Shown: positions 42,700-55,391 of the stretch, in pieces
Numbering within the stretch: the first letter of the stretch is position 1
Layout: each line of letters opens with the position of its first letter
Assembly (NCBI GenBank): GCA_023213395.1
Contig: CM041465.1
Span: 155,317,741-155,381,740 of the forward strand
Origin: Cycas panzhihuaensis
Taxonomy: Eukaryota; Plantae; Cycadophyta
Direction: 5' to 3'
Length of the DNA: 64,000 nt
Made by a program: the position numbers and the translations under genes
The notes under the pieces: generated by a model
Told to the model about the DNA's origin: nothing
The model's database searches: none
Seen by the model: the letters and a program-made list of their open reading frames with translations, nothing else

Positions 42700-43085
42700 A
42701 GCTCTAAGTACAAGGGTCTCTAAGAGAAACCTTTAGTTATTATTCTATCTAGTGGCACATGTCCACAAGTGGTAAAGTAGGGACCCAATATATCGGTACA
42801 TGATCTTAAAGCTTGATATACCTTAGTACATAGGTTGATATGAAGGTTGTTATACCCCTCTAAATTGTTGGTCCACCTACGTCAGACTTATGCCTAACAG
42901 TAGATCTAACGGTGAAGGTTTAACTCCAGTACAGGTCTAGCCTTGGTCTTCGAACTCCAATAAAGACTGATATAAAATATGTCAACCTACCACTTAATAC
43001 ACCTTATAGCCAATGACTTTTCTCATCTAATATGAGTAGGGCAATTGGCGTGTGTGTAGTGGTAACTTTAGGGGTCATAATTGTA
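42700..43085 (-). promoter_or_regulatory. Candidate structured cis-acting RNA in the G leader
   Basis: Homologous to 51125-51520 with conserved long-range pairings; ends ~120 nt upstream of the gag ATG. Confidence 0.6.
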
Positions 43086-46000
43086 CCACTTGCAAAGTTA
43101 GAAAAGATATGGTTAATTCAAGAATTATCTTTCTTAATGTTAAAGTATCTTTTATTTGAATGTAATATTACCTAATCTCTCTAAGATTCCTTTTATTCAA
43201 GAAATGAAAAAGAATCAAAATAAATCTTTAAGCAAAACAAAATATATATCTCAAATAAAAATATGATACAAAACTTTTATATCAAATCACAATAAAATAA
43301 GTAAAATAATCAAGATGCTCTTCTTGTTTTAATAAACCAAGAAACAAATGCTAATATGCAGTATAATGCTTTCAAATTGATATACTTTTATAGGAAAACT
43401 AAGAAGCTATATGTTCTATTTGGTTGTGATGCCATATAACAAAGAAACCCATAATACTTGAATGTCATTTAACTCTTAGAATATTGGATTAAACTTTTGA
43501 GACAAATAACTAATCAACGAACCTTGAAACTAAGTTTTTGTAAATCTCAAGTTAAAAAAAGGACTAAAGATTTTGATAAAAGGTAACTTCTTAACTAATA
43601 TCCCACTTAATATTATAATGCAATGATATTAGAATTTAAATGCCAAAGAGTTCCTTTATAAGAATAGAAACAACTATATAAAACTTACAAATTTTGAGAA
43701 GAAAGTATGCTTAAAGTAATCAGAAGTACCAATAAACAATTTATATTTGATTGATAATGCAAAAAAAAAAAATGAGGTTGATTGTACATGTTTGATGTAT
43801 TACTACACTTAGGTTTCTTGAATCTTAAAGAGTTTAAATTGATGTTATTTCACTATAAAATAACTTATAATATATATTAAAACCCAAAAATAACTCCAAT
43901 TCACTGATTAGCAGCAGATAATATTTAAATAGAATTGTTTGAAATGAAAAAATGCTCAAAAAATATTACTAAATGAGCATGTTTAGGGTTAAATTGAAAC
44001 CTCAACTTGACTAGATTTAAAGTCCTATAAAATAAAGTCAAAACATAATGAAACTAATTTTAACATAAAGATCTCTGAAACAACTTTCTAACAGTTCTTA
44101 CAGTTCTGAAATTGGAGCTAAAATGATTAAGTTATTGCAAAAATGGTGAACATACCTCTTTATGGCTAAGTATCAATTTGATTGATTAAAACTCAATTTA
44201 GATAGGCTCAAATTAGTCAAGTAAAAATCTGACACTCTGGGAGAAAGTTACAATGAAAAGAGCGAGTGGACCTCCTTAAGTATTAATGAAATGAAAATTT
44301 AAAAGAAAATGACTAAGCCCCTTGACACTGAAGGAGCAAGGTCACGTGGACCTCCAAGGTGACCACCAGCCAAGGGCCCAGGGGGTCCAATAGGCTTCAA
44401 AGATTATAAAATATAATTAAATATCTTTTATACCAAAAATTATTAAAAAAAAAAAGATTATTAACATTTGAAATCCACTCCTTAAGAAAATGAAGTAGGG
44501 TCATATGGACCAAAATATAATTGGCAGCTCGAAGTAAGGGGGATAATCCCCTTTAAAGATTATTAACATGAATTAAATTTTATAAATTTTAATTGAACTT
44601 TATAACATTGGTCGAATAAGCTTTAATAAAAAAAGTATATAAAAATGATAAAAGAAAAAAATGTCATGCTGTGGCGAACATGGATAAATTTTGGAGGATG
44701 TAGAGGCAAACTAGAGGAGAGATTTTCACTAAAATGTGATAAAAAAACATTGAACCTCCACATAGATAAGGGGCACCACTTCTAATAGAGACAATAGATT
44801 CCATCAAAATGAAGAGATTTGAATGATGAAGATAGTGATGCAAAGGTTGAACAACAAGGAGAACAATAGTAAAAAAGGAGATGATACAAAGCTCAAGAGT
44901 GATCTAAATGATTGATTGTAGACATAGATAAGGAGGTCAAAGATCCTCCAACCTGATCAAGCACCAAATCATTCAAAATAGAAATAGATCTATGATATAT
45001 ATATATATATATATATATGAAAGAGAAAAAAAAGGACACTAAAGAGAACTAGGAAAAAAATGGCTAACAAAGGATAGTGAATCAAGTGCAGAAAGTTTGA
45101 TTTGATCATAAATCTTTGGTTGTGATGACCTTACTTGGGGTGCCCAAGGAGAGCAGTCTCAATTGCAAAAAAAAATTCAAAAACACTTTGTATGAGTTAA
45201 GAAACAATGAAAACGGTGAATAAAATTAGGTGAGGGGACTTAGTTGATTCAAACTCTCCACAGAGGGCACCATTTCTCATGAGATTTTAAGGATAGCTAG
45301 GTATGCTAGATAACAAGGTTCTGGTAAAGTTTTGTGACAAGTGGTCGCTTATAGGCTCAGAATGAATCATCGGAGCAAAATGGGCCAAAAATAGGTATAT
45401 AGTGACTTTGAGTGAGATTTCTCCTAGCATAAGCGATGAAATCACGTGTGGTTTTTTTTTATGGCTAAAGAATTTGATTATGAATAAAATAAGTAGTCAT
45501 GTGCTATAGTTTTGAGCAATGTGTGAGTCACAATCACTAGTTCTAAATTGACTATGAATGGTTCCAAAAATAGAAAATGAAATAAACATAATATGAATGA
45601 AATATTAATGAATATATATAACTTTTCTAAAGTTTTAATGTCGTTGATAATGTAATATCATACACATACCAAAATACTATTGTTGAGTTTACCATGAGAC
45701 TTCTAAACTCAATCAAATACGCTCTGATACCAAATATTAGAAATGAGGTGTAGAGCGAGAGGATTACAAGTGAGTAAACATTCTTCTAAAGTGTAAAAAA
45801 ATTCTAAAATATAAGTTAGTTATGATAAAAAACACCAGGGAGGTATTCCCACCCTATATATAGATCAATTTGGGGAGGCAGCAAGCGCCTCTACTTGACA
45901 ACATTTAAAATTCAAAAATAATATTAAAATATTAAATAAGTAATTGAATACTTACCTTTAGTGGCTATGTCAGCTCCTTTGACAACTGCTGGCAAATACT

Positions 46001-46418
46001 CAATAATGTTAGGTGGCCCGAGGTGACCTAGGGAGGCCCAGGGTGGCATTGAAGGGGCCTAGGTACATATTAGCTTTAATTAATTGGGCATTATCCCAAC
46101 AAGTAGGTTAGTAGAGATTAAGATTAGGATAATTAAATAATAAGGAAATTTAGGATAGGCTAACTTAGAGGTAGGTGAATAAAATAATATGAGAAGAGTA
46201 TGAGGCCTTTGTTATAAATACCACACCCTATGCATTATAAAAATTATGTCATATCAATGAAATACTTCTTATTTAGACACATTGTAGTATAGTCTTATTT
46301 AGCTTTATTTAATGCACTTCATCTCCATCTTCCACTCCATCCACATTCATCTCTCTTGGTTTTCTTACTCTTATTTTGTATGTTGAAGGGGTAATAGGGA
46401 CAAACAAATTATAGGGAT

Positions 46419-46591
46419 AGAGCAAACAAAATTTTGAATGCATATAAGAAGCTTGATTCATTATGGATTAGACCTTATACTATCTCTAAAGTCCTAGGGA
46501 ATAATGCTTTAGATTGAAAAGTGACAAAGAAGAAGAGTTGTCTATTCTTATAAATGGAAGGTTCCTGAAACCTTTCTTTCAATTAGAATGA
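46419..46591 (+). pseudogene. Gy2 integrase piece 5 (GPY/F C-terminus)
   Basis: KLDSLWIRPYTISKVLGNNAFRL...INGRFLKPFFQLE*; continues via TSD GGGAT. Confidence 0.9.
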
Positions 46592-47429
46592 CCATAAAAA
46601 GGATGCCATCATAGTTTGTTAATATTATATACACTTTGCTTTTTACAGTACTAATAGTTTTTAGTTTATATAATTTTGTGCAAACTCATAATAAGATATT
46701 ATTCTAAATTACCCATTGGGGATGATTTGAAGTAAGGATGTTAATGTTACCCCTTCAAGGTGTAACTATAAAGATTTATAGTTCTTATGATAGTGGTGAT
46801 GAAGTAAATAATATAGAAAAATGTTAATTTTTGCCAAGTAGATATGTAATAATAAGTTTAAAGCCTGAATTAAAGAGGAAATAAATAAAGGTCATGAAAG
46901 TGTTAAGGATTTTAGGATTATAAGTTTGATTACTTAAACGAGGAGACTATAGGAAGTTTAATTTCTAGATGAAAAATAATAAAAAGAAAAGCCTCTATAT
47001 GAATTTCCACAATCCATCTTCCCTATAGAAGGGGTTTCTTGTAGAAGGATTAATATAAAAAACTTTTCTAGTAGTAGGGATATCTTATGGGTACAAAATC
47101 TTGAAAGGGAAATAATTAATATGAGAGAAGATAACTTCCCACCTACAAAAGGATTATAGTGGAAGAAAGTGAGAAAGTGATTGAGATGACCAGTGTATAG
47201 GTTCTTTTGCAAGATACTTAGTTTATGAGGAGGTGTGTTTATATGAGAGACACTAAAACAAAAGGTAAATAAAGAAAGGGATTCCCATATGAAGATCTCC
47301 CATACAAGAGCCATTCCACTTAAGATATCTATATAAGAAAGGAATTTTATAGGTAACATGAGTGTGTGTTTGTGTTTTACCATTCAAATACATAACAAAA
47401 TAATTAAACACCCACAAGATAGAGCCCTA

Positions 47430-49300
47430 ATAAAGATGGATTCCCGTGCTCTATTATGCAAGTGCAAGAAGATAGAGATGGATTTCCATGCTCTAGTATG
47501 AAATACAAGAAATTAAATATGGGTACTTAATTAGATTGCTCTGATTAAATCATGCCTATCAAATTTTAGATTATATCTATGTAGTCCATTTTAATGGTAT
47601 AAAGGGAAGCATTTAATCTTTGACAACTATCAAATTTTGTAATATGCAATGAATAAGATAGCAACTTGAAGCATGTTATATAGTTATTAAAGAAAACTAA
47701 TGATTAAATAGAGGCCTTAATAATTCGAATTAGGAAGATCCATAAAGAAGGGATTTGATTAGCACAGTGAGTGCAAAGTAGAAAAAAATCAACACATTGA
47801 TTATTAATGATACCATAATAGGTTTAAAGATCCCATATAATAAATTATTTGAAAAAGAGTAGCAAGCATAGGAAAAATTATAGAGGATTGGGTTGGCTCA
47901 AATTTGTCTAATTACCAATCTTTTTCCTTGCCCTAAAGTAATAGTCATGGTTACCCAATGCCTAAGAGTAGAGGCTAAGAACATTCTTAACTCAAAGGAA
48001 ATTCTAATAGCTAACTTGAGGTTGCATACTTTGAGAAAAATATTTAAATTTCTAGAGCCCTAGTTGTCCTTCAATTAATAAAAGCTTGAGGAATCTATCA
48101 TTAAAGACACTAAGTTATCTAAATAGATGTTGACTTAGATGGTGGTGTCTCCAAAGAAGGATCAAAAGAGAGAAGGGATTAAGGTATAAGTATTCAAATA
48201 TGATATCAGACTATAGATAACTATCCTATCTAAAATCATTAGCTACCTAAACTACTCTCAACATTAGCCATTACATGTATATATATCATTTAAATGCCTC
48301 AAAGGAGATTTTTTGCTAGATTAGGCAAAATCTTAAGTGATAACTTATTGAAATAGTTAAAAGATCTCCCTTTAAATAAGAGTTTTCGTATGAGCATATA
48401 CTTTATGTATGTAATATTAGGCATAATATTCTTTTCCAAATTCCCAATGAATCCTCAAACAGAGGAGTCACTAGTTCAATATCGATTCACTAAGGCATGA
48501 GAGTAGAAATCTCACCTTTTTTCAATTCATTAGTTAATGATTTTATATACCCTCTATTTTGCATAATCATCCTAATACTTAGGGTAGATGGACATGTCAA
48601 AACATGGCTAGGGAGTATATTATAGGGTGAATAGGGACTATTATTTATTCAAACATTATATCACAATCTAGTTGCATGGGTATAATGGGTTAGCCTTGTA
48701 TCTACCTTAGTATCCTCCTATTAGACTATTCTTTATGGAAATCTATAAACAAGTGTCATCCATTAAAGAGAGACTAAGGACTAAGTTTAGAAAGGCACCT
48801 TATCATCCTCACTTCATTCAAATAAGACATTAGGAAGTATTAGGAAGGAATGAAATAGAGAAGGTATGTAATCCACTAAATTCTAGTGCTTGTTATTTAA
48901 AGAAGATGCCACCTAATTATTATGATCTAGATAGAAACACAATTGATCATATAAAAACCATAAGAATAATATCATCTTAATATAAATTGAATAACTTAAG
49001 GAAATATAAGAATCAAAAGGATGACCAATTTATGTGTAAGTATAACTCAATATTTTTCACAAATAGTGAGACAATGATGATGGGTAGATAATTAGATAAA
49101 GTGATAGTTAAGAGAGTTATTGTAGAAATGGAAGAATAAGAGGAAGAGGAGTAAGAACTAATTAAAGGTGATCTATTCAAATGTGTATTATAGGCCGCCA
49201 AGAAGAGGAAGTGGATCAAACCAAAAGAGGAAGCTATAGATGATGTAAAGAAGAAAATTAAGGCCAAGACACCTACTTCAATATCTTTAGCTATGTTAAA
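47430..49300 (+). pseudogene. Gy2 3' extra ORF remnant (sense strand, unknown function)
   Basis: Codon-like fragments such as ILSDNL, FRMSIYFMY and GDYYLFKHYITI.LHGYNG...YPPIRLFFMEIY, with an acidic/basic tail near 49100-49270. It resembles from memory the extra ORFs of gymnosperm Gypsy elements; this was not checked by search. Confidence 0.55.
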
Positions 49301-51124
49301 GCATTGTAATGACACCTTTATTTCTGTGTAAATTATGTGTATATTGTAAACTATAGGCAACCCTTGTTGGAAATATAATCATATTTTATTATCACATTAA
49401 GTCTATCATATGTGTTGTTAAGTCAACCAATGATATTCTTGTAAACCTTGGTGGATTGCTTATAAATTAAGTTCTACTCAATTCATTTGTACATTGATTT
49501 TTAGTCTATGTGGAAGCTCTGCCAGTTTAGAGCCTCACATGGTGACTAATTTATATGTGAATCATTGCAAATCATTGTTCTTCTCTCATTTAAATGTTTA
49601 TTATATTATCTTAGTTGCTTAGATTTATTTTGTGATAGATGCACATATATTTTAGATTCTAGATGAGTTTTAACAAGGTATTAGAGTTTGCATATGCTCT
49701 GCATTACAATTTTTTGATAAACTAATGAAGAATGGAGGGTTGTTTCCTCATAATGGCATTATGTTCTCATATTTTCTCCATTATTTTATTAATTTCTTAG
49801 TGTACATAGCCATTTTAATGTGATTGTAAGCCATCTCTTGCTCACTTCAACCATATACTATTGATATTTAACCCAGTTGCAATGTTACATGCTCATAGTT
49901 CTATGTTTTGAATAAAAATGAAGGAAATATCTCTCTTTCATGTCATTTCAACCCTAGGTTGAGACAAATCTACTTATTGGAGGTTCATTTGCATCCATGG
50001 CGATGTGTTGGCCCTGTTCCTAGTCTGTAAGGTATTGTATAAAGGAATTTTGAGTAGATCTAAGCTCTGAATCTGTGAAAATTGTTCACAGTACCTCCTA
50101 GCTTCCCACGACTTATTTTCACTTATTGTGGCCTTATTTTACATAAAATCACCTCTAAAAGAGTGTATCTATCCTTGGCATCCCCCATTAAGTAATCTTG
50201 AAGATAAATTCTCTAAGTTCTGGCTCTCATTACATCACACAAGTCATCTGATGTTCGTATAAAGTTGTGTGGTCGTCGTGGAAGTAGTATGGATTCTAAA
50301 TCTCAAAAAAAATTAATATTTTCAATATTTCAATTCATAAAGTTATGAAATATTATATCAAATTTGATTTCATAACTTAAATCCACATTGTAGCCCCTTA
50401 GTTTGGTCTTATTCTTCATCATATAACCATATTTTTTTCATATAAAGGATAGGTTTCAAATCTCTTTATGTTGTTTTATATAATTTTTGTAAAATCAAAA
50501 AGATTACTTTATATTTGATATAGTTTTAGGTTTGTTAGCCCCCTAATCAATGTAGTGGGTGGTCACATGCATTAGTTCTATGACCAGGGGCTACTTTTAA
50601 AGGGGCTTAAGTCCATCCTTCTCAAGCTTTTTGCATAAATAGGTACCTGTCATTATTTCTATAATATCTTTACAATCAGGTGTCCATTTTTCAAATCATC
50701 TAAACCACCAAAAAGAGGACTTAGAGGTCTATAACTTAGAATTAGTTTGAGCCTATTTTGAGCTTGTTTTATAGAAGTTATAGGCTACCAAAGTCGAGCT
50801 TGATGTTTGAGCTTTCTTGTGCCTTATGCTATTGTTAATCTTTAGTTAGCTATCTTAGTCTATTTTTTAGGCTAATAAAGTGCTTGTGGTTGGTTTTTGG
50901 TAGGTATACTCCTTGGACGATTGAAGTGGCTCTTCTTTGTGTAAGCCCACTCAAAGAGCATTCTAAACCCTTAATTGTCCTTTAATTTTTTTCATTTCTC
51001 ATCTTATCTTTTAGTTTTTTTATTAAAAATGAACCCTTATTTATAACAACTCATATTGAAAAATTAACATTGACATATTGAAGATAAATCCTAAATTAAC
51101 CACATCTATACTAGCATTGTAAGG

Positions 51125-51520
51125 GGAATGGTTGGGACCCCTAAAGTTACCACTCTATACATGTCATTAGTCTTTCTCTAATTTGCTGAGGAAAACATTA
51201 GATATTAAGTGTATCAAATGGTGAGATAAGGTGGAAAACCTCTTATTAGAGATTAGACACTAGACTAGACCTAGAGGGGCTAAGTGCCTTAGTTGGTTAA
51301 GTTCTCATCACTAGATCTATCGCTAAGCATAAGTATGACATAAGTGGAAACATAAATTAAGGGGGTCTTTGACCTTTATAATAGCACATACACTAAGGTA
51401 TATATAGGCTTGAACTCATATACTAATACATAGGGTCACTGGTTTGCCACTTGTAGGAAGGTGCCACTAGATAGGATAGTAATTGAGAACTTTCTTGAAG
51501 ACCCTTTACACTCAGAATTC
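51125..51520 (+). promoter_or_regulatory. Candidate structured cis-acting RNA in the I leader
   Basis: Homologous to the reverse complement of 42700-43085; has multiple nested helices; ends ~125 nt upstream of the gag ATG. Confidence 0.6.
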
Positions 51521-51646
51521 TAGATTAGCTACCTCTTAGGTAGATTAATACACAAGTGCATAAATTGTCAAGATATAAAATAACAAAAAAAAGAAACACT
51601 TAAAAAATAGCAACACAAATGTTATTATCTAACACAATTAAGCTCA

Positions 51647-54090
51647 ATGGCATCAACAACTTCATCCCTTGAAAAAAAAAGTAAACAACCTATTTATCAT
51701 AAATAATTTTTGGTATTATATTAATGGAGACATACCCTTACCCAAACCTACCATGGATCACAATCACTCTACCATAGTCATTCCTCCAAATCATATAGCC
51801 TTAGTTAACTTTAAAGCTTAGGATAGTGTTGCCTTATCTTTCCTTCAATTAGCAGTAGAAGATTAAGCGGACCAAAATATTGAGACAACCTAAATCTCTC
51901 ATAAAACATGGATCATCCTTTGTGCTCTCTATGAGAGGAAAGATGAATCTAGGTCCTTGACACTCAAATCTCATATATTTTCCATTCATTTTGTAAGCAC
52001 AATTACAGCCCTTTTAACTGAAGTGAAGATCATTAGAGACTAATTAATAATCCTAAGGGAACCTCCTTTAGATCATGATCTCATATGTAGCATCTTGAAT
52101 ATTCTACCTATAGAATACAATAACTTTGTCTCAAAACTCCATGATAATTATTCAAAAATAGACTTTATCATCTTTAAGGGGCTCCTACAATGAGAACATT
52201 CTCAATCAACTTGGGGTTATATCTACTTCTGACTTATCCCCTATATTTGTAGCCCAAAATTTAGAAATGGGTAAAACTATATAATGGGCAGCTCAACAGC
52301 CCAGTCAACTCCAAAGCCTTACTAAAAAATTAGACTCCTTAGACATCTCTTAAGAGCTAATTTAGTTGCCAACTCAATAGCAACAACACCAAGTTGGCAC
52401 TTCATTTAATCAAAGTTAGCAGCCTTAACAGTCCTAGCAACTGCCACAGCCATAATCACAAAAGAATCAATCGAGTAGACCTAATGTCACTTGCTTATAC
52501 TGTGGAAAAATTAGCCACCTCGTTGTTGAATGTAGGAGATATCAAACTAATCTACAAATATTGCATAATTAAGGGAGCCAATCTTAAGGGCCTAACTCTC
52601 AATAAGTAGCCCTATATTATCAACCAATAGTCCTATTTTATTAACAGGAAGCACCCAACTATCAACAAGGTGGACCAAGCTACCAACCAAAAAGATAAAG
52701 TTATCAACAAAGAGGATCATGCCCTATACAAAGAGCCCCTTATCCATAATAAGAAGGCTCCATTCTATAATAAAGTGCCTTCTTTGAATGAGATGGCCCT
52801 ATTTCATAGTAACGAGGCTCTTTCTATGCACAAGGAGGGCCATCGTTTTAATAATCTAGCCAATTATATCAACAGAATTAGAATCTAAAACCCACTTAAA
52901 GCTAAAGACCATAGAACAAGTAGTGGTTTCCTAATAGGAATCAAAGGAACTAGCATAATATTTAACAACAAGGAGGCAATGTATTAGACAACTAGGATTT
53001 CTCCTCCCAAAACCTATTATTTGTAGCATTATCTTCTCAGCATGATGATAACTCATGGTTCCTTGACTTTGGTATAACTCACCATATGACTAGTTCAGAA
53101 AAGATGTTAGAAGAGACCTATCTAATAAGCACATAAATAGTCACCATGGAGAACTCTCAAATCAAGCACCATATTAATAATGTATTTCTTGTTTCAAGCA
53201 TGAAAATGAACCTACTCTCTATTAGTCAAATGGACAAGTAGAACCTAGATGTCCTCTTTAGTCAGGGCATATGTACCATCATAGAACATGCAATTAGAAA
53301 ATTTGTGGCCATTGTACATGAAGATAGTGGTTTATATAGGTTGGATGGTGTCCCCCTTGCTACTACTCAACCAAAGGCATCTTGTTCATTGCTCATACTA
53401 CTCAACTTGATAAGGGGAAAGATGTAATAGTTGAAGAATCCCCTTATATCTAGGAACCAGGAGAATGCTCTCATTTAAAGGAAAATATCACTTAAAACAA
53501 CTCCAAAGACCAATTATGGCATCCATACTTAGGCCACTTAAATATACAAAGCTTGAACCTAATTTCTAGGCTTTATATAGTATGTAGTTTACCCAAAATC
53601 AAGAGATATACTAGCATCTATAAGGCATGTCTAAAGGGAAAGTAATAGATAGAAAAATTCCCTTCTAAGAATATAAAGAGAGCCTTAATACCATTAGAGT
53701 TAGTCATCCAATCGCTTAATGGAAACTTGTATTTTATGACATTTATAGATAACTTCTCTAAGAAAATATGGGTCTACTTCCTGAGAAATAAGTACCAAGC
53801 CCTAGATAAATTCCAAGAGTTCAAAGCTGTAGTTAAAAATGAGAGGGGCATGACAATCAAGACCCTTAGATCTGATAATGTTGGCAAATATATCTCTAAT
53901 CAATTCAACATTTTTTACAAGGAACATGACATCCAACGCTAATTTTTAGCACCCTAGATACCACAATAAAATGGTGTAGCTAAGAGGATGAACCAGACAT
54001 TAGTGAATAGCCATGCTTAGTGTTATTAAACTTACCACCAGATTTTGGATTGATATAATAGCAACTACTGCATACCTAACCAACATAAGT
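51647..54090 (+). pseudogene. I gag-PR-INT remnant
   Basis: Decayed CCHC knuckle at ~52490; WFLDFGITHHMT; LWHPYLGHLN; YFMTFIDNFSKKIWVYFL; LRSDNVGKY. Confidence 0.9.
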
Positions 54091-54099
54091 CTCATAGTT

Positions 54100-55052
54100 A
54101 TAGTTAGGATTTAGGTGGAATTGTAACATAGGTGATATGTGCTATGGTAGCCTCCTCATTACAGGGGAGTGTTGGACTATGGTTGGTTCACTTGCTGAGG
54201 AGTCCTCTTCCCAAATCACCCACGAGCTTTTGGTGTAACGACAAGTCACACAAACATGGTGAGGCACTAGGCACGATCTTCCTTTAAGTGATGAGTGAGC
54301 ATCCTTCTTTTCACTTCTTCTTAATAGACTACAGGTTTACCAATACTAATAAGAATCCCCATGCCCTTCATAGTTACTCTTCATTTTATATGCATAGAAG
54401 GGTAGTATTCATTTATTTGTGGCAAACATCATATGATTAGTCATATCATTTTTATCTTCATTTAGTAGTTAACAAGTGGCTATCACTCTATGCATGATCA
54501 ATTGGTGATCTATAGACTTGAATTTCTTCTTCTACAAGTTCTTGGATAGGCTCAAATGTAAGCTTAAATCGTGATTGATAGGATATTTACCTTACCATAG
54601 TGGCTTATATTTAACCCTGCTCTGATACCATGTTAAAATATATATCAAAATTATTCTAATACCATGCTAAAAACAAAGATTCAAAGATTACCTTTAAAAC
54701 TATAATGAAAATATAAATGTAAATAATGTTATAAGTACTAGGCATGAATGATAAAATAATAAATGAAAAAAGAAAAGATGAAGTGTGTATTATATAAAAC
54801 ACAATCAAGATGTGAAAAAATGATTACCTTCTAAATTATTACATTAGGCATGAATACATACTTATAGTACATTTGACCTCATACTTGTCCAATCAAGTGA
54901 AAGGACTCTTAAGTCCACTAATGGGGTGATTACATGAATAGGTGTGCACCCATGAACACATCTTAATATCACAATATAAAAATATATCTATCAGAGTTAA
55001 GGGGGATACATAATAAAATACATAAACAAACATTAAACATTATGTTTTAACA
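54100..55052 (-). mobile_element. Element J: truncated LTR element; 5' LTR 54631-55052
   Basis: Reverse-complement PBS GCTCTGATACCA at 54619-54630 abuts TGTTAAAA...TTTTAACA. The left boundary is approximate and there is no second LTR. Confidence 0.7.
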
Positions 55053-55391
55053 ATTTGTACCCCCTCTCATTATATTATATGCAATAAATAATATGAAGTC
55101 TTTATACCAAAGCTACTTTTGGACCTTTTCACATTAAATTTATTATCACTTAATGTGTATAGGTCTATCTTAAAGTGTTTAAGGTACTCATATGCTTTGC
55201 TATAGACTAAAATATTGTCAAACAAAACCATAATGAATAGTCTCAAAATTAGTGTGAATACCCTATTCATGTGTTCTTGGAAAGTTATTATTGTATTAAT
55301 AAGTTTAAATCACATCACTTTAAACTCAAACTAAAAGATGTTAATGTATTAAGGTCATTTGTGTAGATTATTATGTGACCTTATGATATAT
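55053..55391 (-). pseudogene. Chromovirus-type Gypsy RT fragment (Gy3)
   Basis: FEFKVM.F.L.N...TFQ..MNRVF...MVLFDNILVYSK...YLLHII.EGV, matching the VFFDDILVYS motif. Confidence 0.85.

Larger units (their letters stand above)
38073..46101 (-). mobile_element. Element G: full-length Ty1/Copia with a 3.1-kb 5' leader; LTRs 38073-38428 and 45735-46101
   Basis: Perfect TSD AGTAG (38068-38072 and 46102-46106). PBS (reverse complement) GCTCTGATACCA at 45721-45732. The LTRs are colinear direct repeats. Confidence 0.95.
35800..46413 (+). mobile_element. Element F: small gag-only (TR-GAG-like) Gypsy-type element, ~2.6 kb without nested G
   Basis: Perfect TSD GGGAT (35795-35799 and 46414-46418). 5' LTR 35800-36143; 3' LTR 38036-38072 plus 46107-46413. 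Decayed PBS TGGCATTAAAG at ~36146; PPT GGAGAGGG; gag-like relic at ~37200-37520. Confidence 0.88.
49365..54090 (+). mobile_element. Element I: Ty1/Copia truncated within INT; 5' LTR 49365-49675; ~2-kb leader
   Basis: TGTTGG...TAACA LTR followed by PBS AGGTATTAGAG (49676-49686). No 3' LTR was found. Confidence 0.85.

Noticed and set aside
46738-47428. Possible separate LTR plus tRNA-Lys-type PBS after the Gy2 integrase
   Set aside because: There is no partner LTR or TSD, the PBS match is poor, and the downstream sequence resembles an extra ORF rather than gag. Not fully excluded.
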